NCBI RefSeq assembly: GCF_003704095.1
Contig: NW_020846723.1
Location: 124,001 to 188,000, forward strand
Direction: 5' to 3'
DNA: 64,000 bases
From: Pocillopora damicornis
Taxonomy: Eukaryota
The translations under genes and the position numbers were made by a program. The notes below the pieces were generated by a model that had not been told where the DNA came from, ran no database searches, and saw only the letters and a list, made by a program, of their open reading frames with translations. The first letter of the stretch is position 1, and every line of letters begins with the position of its first letter. Shown piece by piece: positions 49,533 through 60,300 of this stretch.

Positions 49533-49810
49533 GGCAATAATATGGAGTTTTTTACAGCATGTACATCTTGCCTAAAGGATACTTTAAAAAATTTCCAGGG
49601 AAACAGAAAAATATCTGGGAAAAAACGCTATCCACGTATGTATGCGACCGCCATGTTGTTTACCATTGACATCATCACGAAGGTGTAATACTGGGGCTGA
49701 ATGTGATGCATTGTGGGCAGAAGAATTGATCATGGCGGACAAGAAGCAAGAAGCCCGTATTGAGTAGCCAGTAATGAAATTGGGAAGGTTTTCTGCAAAA
49801 CTAACTTGAT
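49533..49810. promoter_or_regulatory. Bidirectional promoter TMF1 / MRPS24
   Basis: Divergent ATGs 278 bp apart; ZNF143/Staf-like TGCATTGTGGG at 49707-49717; YY1-like CCGCCATGTT (~49648) and CATGGCGG (~49731). Confidence 0.72.
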
Positions 49811-51566
49811 ATGGCGGCTAAAAGCTGCCGAACCTTCTTTAGATTGGCCAGCATCCAGGTAGGCCTTTTTCAGTTAGGAAAACTGCTAAATATCCTAAAA
49901 CTCCCATGTATCTGTTGTTACTATACTGGAGCATGAAAACGTGTTTTTAACCTCATAGCAGACGATATACTGCATAAGTTTTACGTTAAAAGACAACAGA
50001 TAATGACACTCGTTTTCACTTCTCTTATAACCCCACTCATGGGACTACCAGAGCATTGACAATAGTTTGTTAATGTTTCCTTTCGAAACCAAAATCATAA
50101 CTTTACTGGTTTGAATGGATATTGATGGTTTTATTCTTGTATCTTTACAGGGTGTTGGCCATGTTGGACAAATAGGAGTTCTAGGTGGTCATGGTGTGTC
50201 ATGTTTTCCTGCCATGGCGGCAACACCCCCTATCACAAAGATTCTTGGTGTCAGTTGTGCATATCAAACAAGAGAAAAACTACAGAAAAAGGCCAAAATT
50301 ATACCGAGCCACAAAATTGGTGTCACCAAAGGCCACGACTCACATCACACAGGTCCTTTATGAAAATACATTGCATCAGAAAGAGAAGTTCTAGCATTAG
50401 CACTTAGAGTGCATAAATTTGACAAATTGATAAAAAAGTTTAAAAAATAGGAAATGTGAGTCTGTCCCATGCAATACTGTGAAATTCTTTTACTTGTATA
50501 AGACCACAAAAGTCATTCAGAAAAGAGACACTGATCTCTAATGAACCATTCTCCGATCCCATTCTCTACGATCTAATTTTGGACCATGCGAGAAGCCACT
50601 GAAAATGATACAACATTTTTTTAACCCTTTCACTCCCAAGATCTAATTAGTAATTCTCCTTACTATCTGCCATAAAATTCTTATGATGCTAGTTCAGAGA
50701 ATTTGGTATTGGATCAACCAATAATCTCATGGTTGTCATTCTTTTCTGTTCAAGTTAAACATTCATTTTTTTTTTAAATTCTGGCAAGTTAAGCTCAACT
50801 ACACTGAATAAAATATTCCCTTTTTTATTGTAAATGCTCAGGGTGCTTGAAATTACTCCCATTTTAGTGCATAAGTTATAAATCTAAAGCAAGATATCCA
50901 TGTTTTGATGGGAGGCATTAAATATTTTGTAGTTAAATGGGATTTAACATAGTTAATGAACGGGAGCAAACTGAACAGCATTTTACAGGCATTCTCTGTC
51001 CAGCGATATTCCTTATCAGTGCATGCATTGTTTTCCCATGTGCTTGCATTTTGTTCCCTGCACTATAGTGTGGCAGTGTTTTTGTTTAGGGTAGCAGTTC
51101 TCTGTGTTCCCTCCTTTCTATTTCCAACTGCAAGGTTTCTTACCATGGATTTGCTCAATTTTCAACTGTAGGTCAAATGAAAATGGTTTTTTATTAGAAA
51201 ATTGTGATATTTAGAAACACTTATTTTCTTAGAATGAAATATATATATACACAAATATATTTGAATTGAAAGCAAGTCCATTGTTCTTTCTTTTTTTTTT
51301 ATTTAGGAAATTTAAAGGGAAGCTTGTGGGCATCAGAAAGGATGATGGATGACATTATGATTCGCAAGTTTGTGGAAGGAGTCATGCATGAATATTTGGT
51401 TTCTGAGGTTGTCATCAAGAGAAAGGCAAACCGCATTAACATTGTTTTTCTTGTGCCTCCGGTTATGAACTTGCCAAAGTTTTACTTCCTTGTGGGATTT
51501 ACAGAGACACTACTTACAGAAATGCTGGAATGTATTGTGAAAGTGGAGTGTCAGTCTACAATGTAA
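49811..51566 (+). CDS. MRPS24: Mitochondrial ribosomal protein S24 (uS3m), 3 exons (49811-49858, 50151-50352, 51307-51566)
   Basis: Presequence-like MAAKSCRTFFRLASIQ; HHTGNLKG..ASERMMDDIMIRKFVEG; VIKRKANRI; KFYFLVGFTETLL..ECIVKVECQS. This is the MRPS24 pattern (HTGNL, EDxFxRKF, YFLxGYSETLL). Confidence 0.85.
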
Positions 51567-53941
51567 AACACTTCTTTTGAATTCAATCTTCAAATTTGGA
51601 GAATCTTAATATGCTTTTCATACAAATGGGGAACAACCCCCTCTAAAACTGTAGTAGTGATGAACTTGCATGCTCTTTTGCAGTTTATTGGCTTTGAAAT
51701 GTAGGAAACTCAACATTTACTGTTGAGATCCAAAGAGACATTTGATAGAGTGAATAAAATAAATCATCCTTAGTTCTTTCAAGGTTATCAGGTATCAACC
51801 CTGTCTTTTAGGCAAGGTTATCTCATCCCTAGCTTTGCTAATTAAATTCACTGACTAGGATGGCACCCCAACAGCGTGGTGAGTGATTGGCAGCAACACT
51901 TGTGAGCATGGATCCACGCTTGGAAAAGAAGTAAAAGCCCATCATCACCCAGTTTCTTTTTAACACAAAAGCCCAGTCTATGATGATAAGAGTTTGTTAC
52001 AAGAGTTATACATTACGTGAAAATTTCACGTGCTTCACTTTGACACATTTCATACCCTACCCTTGTTGCCATGTTATGCCAGCATACAGACACTGTGTGG
52101 ATACCCAAGTTAAGGAAGTTGCCAATTAGCCTAGAAAATTATACAATAATGTGGTTTCATATCAGTAAGGAATGAAAAGGGGGACATAAATCACAAGCCC
52201 AGGGGTCTTCATAAGTGTAATCTTTTCCTGTTTCCTACAAAGCGGCTAGGCAGATTGCTCTTACTGTAGTCCTGCTTGATGCTAATCCATTGAAAGCTTT
52301 TGTGCGCTACTCTCTTCATTTTTTTATTTCATTTTGTTCCCAAATATATTGTAGAATCCGTGAATTATGTTTAGTGGATAAATATGAGTTAGACACTGTG
52401 TGAATGAAATGCTGCATCCTCTAAGCATGAACAATGCACTTCATTCTTGACGAAAAAAATTGAGTTGGAAGAGTACACTCTTGACGATTCGCGGAGATAG
52501 ACGGCTTGAGATCCAGCGCGCTTAATTGAACAGGAAATCATACTGCCTTTTCTCTTGACCACTAAGAGCCGATGATTATATTTCATTCACCAATTACCGG
52601 TACGTGGTAGTTTTAATTGCGATGCTGGTTGAACGATTGCCAATTTGGAGATTTGTTAGACCCTTGTTAACAGTCTATCAGCATATATATAAGACAACAT
52701 ATCTTTTCCTCAAAGAAAGAGGGGTTCAACTAAAAATGATGTTTATGTGAAACATTGTTAGGGAATAGCTGTCCGAGGTCATGCATACTGCAAAAATAAA
52801 TTAAAACTTTTTATTTCTGGGCAAACAGCTTACAACGCAGTAGTCTGGGAAAAAGATTATAAAAGGTCTATTCAAGAAATCCGATCTCCGAAATAAAAAT
52901 AGTTGGGTCATATTGTATTTAGAAGAATCGCGAACTCCCGGCGCGAATAATCCAGACGGAGGTTTGCATTTCTTTCTGTCTTTGACCAAAGGAAAAGCGG
53001 CTGAAAGGTACTGTTACTTTGATTTTATAGCTTTATTGAACATCCAGTTCGTCCCGCAAGATTACGACTGATTAGTATGTTGAAACGATTATTGAAACGA
53101 TTGATCCGGATTGCGTAGATCTTATTCTGTTCAGATGTCCTTCATCAGATCGCGCTTACGAGTTTTAACACGCTGAACGCCAAAAAAACATGAAAAAGTG
53201 CATTAAGGAAGAGCAAAAATCCTAAGACTATATCTTTTAAATAGACATAATGTATAACTGCGCGGATCGTGAGATACAACAAAAATATTGAGGTAGATAA
53301 CTTAGAGATCAGAGTTCTCATTTGCAGAATTGCTGTCAAAAACATAAAACAGATGGGTAACATGTTTTTTTTAAACTGAAAATTTCTATATTGTGTAGAA
53401 AAAGCTGTGTTGGGTCATTTATTCTAAATATCTCCTAGGTTTTCAATATGTGCTAGCAAATTTTCTTAATGCATTTACATCAGATAAAAACGCGAGTTTA
53501 GCAAAGGTCAGATCCAACGACAATGAAAAATTCCATTTTCACTGACTGACGTAGGCATGTATTGCATTCCATGGGATATGTGCCCAGTACCAAAAACAGT
53601 TATTACTCCGTCGAGCTAAAACATCGGCGCAAGATGAATTTTAAATGATTTTAAAAGAAACAAGTAAGTTTGTTCTTTTTCACCAAAGACTAGGGTGTTT
53701 TTTTCGTTACCCGATTGGTAGATCACCTAGACGCTTGCCTGCGATCAGGCGCTCGGTTTTTTTTTTATCGGGGAGCGTGATAGTGAAGTCCGCCTCACTA
53801 CACATAACTTTTCTCGCAAAAAGAACATATGATCGCCGGTTACCCTCCCCAGTAACTTCAGGCGGGAACAGGGTACGGTGGTCATCATTAAAACCACCCT
53901 TACCAATTATTTATTACAAACACACGATGTTTTGCAGGACC

Positions 53942-54847
53942 ATGCATCAAGCACTTGAAATTTTGCTGGTTCTGTTGGTGCTCCTATTGGCCAGGACTCA
54001 GTCACGCCCTCTGGATGAACTTAAAAATGAAATCCAGCCAACCACTACAGCATGTTTAACTCCAAACTGCTTGTATGACTCCAAATGCTATGCACACGAA
54101 GAAGAGATAAGTCATGGATCAAACGGGGAAGGATGGTGTTATGGGCTGTTATGTAATGATGGTAATGTTGTCACATGGGATGACTTTGATTGTGGTCCAG
54201 TTTCCACCACACCTCTAACAACAATGACACCCACCACCCCACCTAGTCTCCCTGTTACAACCATTCCAAAGTCCGGGTGCATGTACAATGGCATTTGGTA
54301 CGAAGAGAACAGTGACATAGAAAAAGGGACAGATGGTATGGGGTGGTGCTATGGATTGTACTGTACCAGTGATGGAAGGATTATTGCATGGGATGACTGG
54401 AACTGTGGCCCTACAACAACTCCTACAACAGCTCCTACAACAGCTCCTACAACAGCTCCCACGATAGCTCCTACTACAGCTCCTTCTACAGCTCCCCCAC
54501 CACCTCCCCCATCAACAACACAATTAGGTTGCCTCGAAAATGGTGTCTGGTATGCCCCAGGCAGTGAGATAAGTAGGGGAACAGATGGGCAAGGTTGGTG
54601 CTATGGGGCGATTTGTACAGATGATGGTCAAATCCAGCTATGGGATGACTTCAATTGTACATCACAGTCTACACCCACACCCACACCTCCAGCTCTGCCC
54701 AAAGGTTGTTACTATGAGGGGAAATGGTACCCAACTGGTGTCTTTGAAGGTACTAATAGCCGTGGGTGTAGGTTTGGAGCACATTGTGGTTTGGATGGCC
54801 AAGTGATAGATTGGGAAGAATTTGACTGTCAAATCAAGAGCCAGTGA
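53942..54847 (+). CDS. Secreted ~301-aa protein: signal peptide plus four ~42-aa 4-Cys domains separated by Pro/Thr mucin-like linkers; single coding exon
   Basis: Hydrophobic leader MHQALEILLVLLVLLLARTQS; repeat consensus C-x-Y/E-N-G-x-W-Y..EI..G-T-D-G-x-G-W-C-Y-G-x-x-C..D-G-x-I..W-D-D-x-N-C. A probable acceptor (TTTTGCAG, 53937) lies just before the ATG. Confidence 0.85.
   Translation: MHQALEILLVLLVLLLARTQSRPLDELKNEIQPTTTACLTPNCLYDSKCYAHEEEISHGSNGEGWCYGLLCNDGNVVTWDDFDCGPVSTTPLTTMTPTTPPSLPVTTIPKSGCMYNGIWYEENSDIEKGTDGMGWCYGLYCTSDGRIIAWDDWNCGPTTTPTTAPTTAPTTAPTIAPTTAPSTAPPPPPPSTTQLGCLENGVWYAPGSEISRGTDGQGWCYGAICTDDGQIQLWDDFNCTSQSTPTPTPPALPKGCYYEGKWYPTGVFEGTNSRGCRFGAHCGLDGQVIDWEEFDCQIKSQ
54410..54493 (+). 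repeat. Coding 12-bp minisatellite (PTTA)x7
   Basis: CCTACAACAGCT units between Cys domains 2 and 3. Confidence 0.85.
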
Positions 54848-55693
54848 CAAGAATTTCACCTAGAATTTATGCTTGGCTAACTAAGTCATAAATATTGGAG
54901 ACAGATAGTCTGCATGGGCTATGGGTGTAACATTACACAGTAGCCTATGATAATACAGTGCACAGTTCACAGATTTGAATGCTTTCTCATTTAAGATTTT
55001 CACAAATGTGTAATCACTTCAATAATTGTTTTCATAGATTGACAAACATTAGAAATAAAGCTGTCCTCTCTGGAATGTGGTCACTCAGGAATGTTACTGA
55101 CAAGCTCAAAGCAGGGTATTTTGCCATATAAGAACCCAAAAGAATCCTTTCAAGGATTTTTTCCATCACTTCACCCATGCCCTTATGGTCTTGAATAGAT
55201 ATTATTTTAATCATGAATGTTCTCAGAGCAGAAATATCCTACTTAAATTTCAGTGATGGATTAATATTATGGTAGTGTACAGAGCCATACTTGACTTAAC
55301 AGGTAGGTGAGTTCTGCACACAAGCCAAATCAATTCAGCAAATTAAATATGTATTACCTAAGTTTTTTCTAAATGAGACAAAAAGTAGCCATCCAATGTA
55401 ATTATTTCTCAAAAATTGCTTTATTGAGAACATTAACAGGTACACTGACAACAGTGTGTACTGGTTCATGGATCTGAACAGGTTAAATTTACCTTGTGAA
55501 AATATTCATCACCCTTAATGTATACAATTTACAATACAACCAAATTGCCTGGAAAAATGGAAAACAGTGCAAACACAGAAGAGGAAGGTGTACAGAAGAC
55601 TTCAAAAATCACTTCTTCTCCATTCAAGGAATTAAAAAGATATCACACATTACAGAGCATCATTACCATCAGTATGTGAGCAATTATAAAATG

Positions 55694-56780
55694 TCATTCT
55701 CCACTGATCTCCACTTTATATTTGGTCCAGTCACCACCTTCAGTGTGAAACCAAGCTGTAATAGGAGATAAACAAACATCCAAGGTCACTTCATTTCTTT
55801 ACTTCCCTTTGCTGCACACATCTTTATTATTGATGTAGACTGACAGTAACGTTAAATCATGTTTTATGGACTCCAAATTGTTATTTAATTAAGATTAACC
55901 AAGTTCATGTAGTTAAAAGAAAATGAAAGTGTAGTTGCACGCTATAAAAAGGAAATGTGACATAGGGAGAGTACGGTTTATTTGTTTAGTAGTTTTGATT
56001 CTGTAGAGTTAATTGGAAGAAAAGTATTGATTTCTTGTCTTTGATGTGATAATGAAGCAATCTAGCCTTCCATACCATCTATTTAAAATATTTAATTCTT
56101 TGTCTTGCTCAGTGAATGCATTATTTCATAAATTGTCCTGCACAAGTTTCCCAATGGCCAATTCCATTCTACCAAAATTCAAATTGTATTTTTCTTTTAA
56201 GGTTGTTATCAAGATATCAACCTCAATTTTTCAGCTTCTTTTCTGTGATTTCTTTAATTGCTGCCTACCTAAAGCATCCCTCTTTTCCTTGTATTTCATT
56301 CACAGGAGTATTTATTTCATTTGATTGAGGACATCCACTTTTAATTGATCTTTTAAGTCACATGCCATGTATTTTTTTTGCATCCTAAAGAATTTTCGTG
56401 GGCAAGGGACACAGAAGACAGATATAACGAAAAAGGTAGAAAATAGAAAAGTGTGTCATTTCATTTCCGAAATTTTGACTAAATCAAACATCTCATTTAT
56501 CAAAAAGTTAGATTAATATACCTTTTTTCTTGTACTCGTTGTAATATTTTCTGTAGTCATTTACTTCTTTTCTGCAGTATTGTTTGGCATTGACTTCCTC
56601 TCTTCTGTAACATTCCTTGACTCTTTCTTGGTATATCTTCACGGTTTCCAACTCAATAAGTCTTTCTAAAGCCCAACGCTCTCGTGCATTATGAAATGCC
56701 ACAGGATCGCTGCGGTCGATTTCATCAAATGTTGGAGATTTCATCCTCTCATCAAACCTCGTCATGTACTTCTCAGACAT
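55694..56780 (-). CDS. NDUFB10: NADH dehydrogenase 1 beta subcomplex subunit 10 (PDSW family), short 106-aa form; coding exons 56522-56780 and 55694-55755; non-coding first exon ~57055-57140
   Basis: DPVAFHNARERW..ERLIELETVKIYQERVKECYRREEVNAKQYCRKEV carries the C-x3-E-x-V-N-x4-C signature of NDUFB10. A phase-1 splice leads to AWFHTEGGDWTKYKVEISGE*. Confidence 0.8.
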
Positions 56781-57054
56781 CTTAAAATCTTTGCTGAAAT
56801 ATAAGAAAATCCATCAAAAATACAGCAGGAAGAATAAACTACATAAATTACATGTGTATCAACGATTAAAAAAAGATTATTTGTCGCAGTAGAGCAGCGA
56901 ATGAGATTTGCAAAGGACCATGCCAGAAAAGGAATTATGATACTGAGAACTCAAGGTGGTTTTGGATGTTTCAGGCTATTATAGATATTCAGAGCTAAAT
57001 AGGATAATTACGAGGTATTATAGATCCTTCTTAAGCCTAAAAGTTAACTCTCAC

Positions 57055-57328
57055 CTCCACGTGGGATGAGAAAAACACAAGTCTGCCACCTTTTTTCAGC
57101 AAAACCTCTATCAACAAACACTCAGGATTCAAGATGGCTGATTGCGATGGAATAGAAAGCCATTTACGTCATGTAAGAGCAAGTCTAGTATCACCATTGT
57201 GTACTTCCGCAGATATCGTGGACTCACAAAATTAATCAGGGTACCCCTCTTGGTACCCCCTCCGATTTGCGCAAAGACAAAGCTAATGTATCACGTGGTT
57301 TCGTCCTCTTTCCCTGTGCTCGTAGAAA
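57055..57328. promoter_or_regulatory. Bidirectional promoter NDUFB10 / RPL3, including the RPL3 5'TOP/TCT start
   Basis: CAAGATGGCTG (~57130), CRE-like TTACGTCA (~57164), ETS-like ACTTCCG (~57203), E-boxes CACGTG (~57058, ~57292), pyrimidine tract CCTCTTTCCCT at 57305-57315 before the ATG-only exon. Confidence 0.75.
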
Positions 57329-60300
57329 ATGGTGGGTGCCTCTCTGAGAAATGTGTTTAAAATCAGTCGGTTTAACTGTAATTTTATGACCATCTAGTCC
57401 AGACTGGTGCTTAGATCTTTCAAAAAGTGTTATTAGCTTATGGAAACTGACATATTTTTTTTACTTCTTCCGAAAATGTACGTTTCTTGTAAGGTTTTAT
57501 ATCGTAGGTGGCGTGTGGTTAACAAGCTTGAATGGACGAGTTATGAGCGTAGTACTCTAAAGTAGATCTTCGACTGTACGAAACCCCCATAATGTAACAT
57601 GGAAAGTAAATCAGTCCCTAAATCGAGAGTTGATGCTTTTTCTTTTTTTTTCCAAATATCGTTGCCTACCTTTATCCATCTCACTCCCGTCAGGTCGTAT
57701 CCCCCACCATCTTTCTTGTCGATTGGTTCCTATGCTATTTTCCTCTTCTTCAAATCGAAGGTTTCCCACCTAGTGACATTTAGAAATAAACTTCTAGTGA
57801 CCGATTTTATGATTAAGGCTAAGTTGGGCTGTTGACATTAGAAAGGGAACAATTTTGAATAATTTTATCGTATATTCGTGAACATTTCACCTCGAACGAA
57901 GTTGACTTTGGGGCAAAATCTTACCAGCCGAAATGAGGGAATTCCTTGTACATATTTCTTGAAGATATGGTTGTAGGTACACTGTAGGGTCTTGTTTGAA
58001 TTGGGGTGGGTGCAGTTCAGTGTATTAAATCCATTCCTCTTATTTGATGGGCAACTGTGCCAATACTCTCAGTGACGTATACTGGGTCCATGGTGTAAAG
58101 ACCTCTTTCTAAAACTTAATCCTCCTCTCAGTATCTCGTTTCTATTTTTATTTTCAAGTTTAGCCTTTCCTTGTTGTTTTGTGGTCGCATGTCAGATTGA
58201 TTAGTTGTATATATTTGTGCATTCTTTAGTCTCATAGGAAGTTCAGAGCACCACGACACGGTTCCCTCGGCTTCTTGCCTCGTAAGAGGTGCAAGCATCA
58301 TAATGGGAGGATAAAGTCCTTCCCCAAGGATGACCCAACCCTTCCACCTCATTTGACAGCTTTTGTGGGTTTCAAAGCTGGTATGACCCACATTGTGAGA
58401 GAAGTGGAGAAACCGGGATCGAGTATGTGACTTGAACTGCTTGCAAGACTCAAATTAAGTCTATTTAGTAACATTAGACAGTATAACTTATCAACATTCC
58501 TTTTGTTATTCCTGTTTTGATAGTATGATAATCACTGAACATCAAGGAATGTCCTAGTCTTAGTTAAGTTCAGCAGGCTTGGACACATTTGGTGTCTTAA
58601 CAATGAAACATAAATTTAACTTTAAACTGAGTTATTATTTGAAATACATACTTTTTGGGATATAGTTTTGAATTTGTCTCAAACTGCTGTCTTCCAATCG
58701 AAGCATCTTAGTGTATTTTTTTATCACACTGAAATTGTGTACACAAGTGAATCTTCAATTGTTATCTTTTCCTTTCCGAACAGAGATCCACAAGAAGGAA
58801 GTGGTTGAAGCAGTAACAATCATTGAGACACCACCTCTGATGGTTGTTGGTGTTGTTGGGTACATTGAGACTCCCAGAGGACTTCGTGTCCTCAAAACAA
58901 TCTGGGCTGAACATCTGAGTGAAGAATGCAAGCGCCGTTTCTACAAGAATTGGTATGTGTTCATCTTGAATGCAGTCATGTTATTCATTTGATCTAATAA
59001 ATCATAAAAATGGTACTGTGTAATGTTCAAAGAAGCCCTTCAGTGACATGACATTTACTAGGAGATTTTACTTATTTATCAACCCAAAAAATGTAATTTA
59101 ATAATTTTGATCAAAGATAAGGTATTGATATATAAACTAAGGAAACTCATTTAGAATGCACAACATACCAAATACTTGGATTATGCATGTGTTTTAGTGC
59201 AAATATTGTATAGTGTAGCATTTTTTTGGGCTTGTTTTTGAAGATAATTTGTTCATTTATTATTACTGTTATACTATTGTAACGTTGTGTTCTGTGGAGC
59301 ACTTCTAACCAGAGTTTCCCATGAAGTGCCTTTTCTCCGCTCGGTACACCTTTACCGATGAGATCTGGCTCCCCTTTTCCTTCTTCTGTTTCATCAACCA
59401 TGCCCATGCTGGTTTGTACATAAAGGTGCAAGTCCAAGAAGAAGGCATTCTCCAAGGCCTCCAAGCGGTGGGGAGATGAGGATGGCAAGACTGCTATTGA
59501 GAATGACTTCAACACCATGAAGAAGTACTGCAAAGTCATCCGTGTTATTTGCCATACACAGGTATTTATCTCGTATAGGTTTTTGAAAAATATCATTTCA
59601 GGCTATTTCCTTATAACTCATATTTGATTGGCTCCCAGCTAGTGTGGATATTGTTTTATGATACAGACAAAGGTCATTTACTATATCAAATAAACTTTTG
59701 TCTGTTATTAGGTATAAGTCACATGGGGAAGGGCATGGCAGGTCAAATTGCTTTCCTCTTATGTTCATGTAAATTAGCCTTTCCGGCCTTAACAATGACA
59801 GCAATAGAATATTTCTTCGAAAGAGAGCTCAAGAAGAATGAATTTTATGGACATTAAAGAATATTATTTATGCCTGCCATTATCAAAATAAAGTGTATTC
59901 TTTGCCTCTATGAATGTTTGATGCAAGTTCATCTCTTCTTCCTTAAAGGAAGCAAGGAAAGTTGATATATTCCAGAAGTTTAATGAGGGTGATGGAAATT
60001 CATTGAAAAAAAATAGGATTTTATTTCGTTGGAACAAATTAGCTTACATAACCATGAGTGAATTTTCATTTTCAGGATATTTCTAAACTGATTTGTAGAC
60101 TAAGTAAGGAGAGATTCCACATAAAATTGTTTATGGAAGGTTATAAATATTAATACATTTGAAAGAGCATAATCCCCTAGGGCTAAATTCTATCAATTTT
60201 CTTTAATCAATTGGCACCCAGAAATGATGACTACTATTTTTCATTTAGCCAGTGGCCAGTGCCTTTAATTTTGCTTTTCCCTGACACCTCATTTCATTGC

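Noticed and set aside
52389-53363. Short minus-strand ORFs in the CpG-rich interval before the secreted gene
   Set aside because: No homology, splice logic or codon signal; likely promoter or intergenic DNA.
53645-53941. N-terminal 99 aa of the 400-aa ORF
   Set aside because: Reads as promoter/UTR sequence; the signal peptide begins at ATG 53942, just after a splice acceptor.
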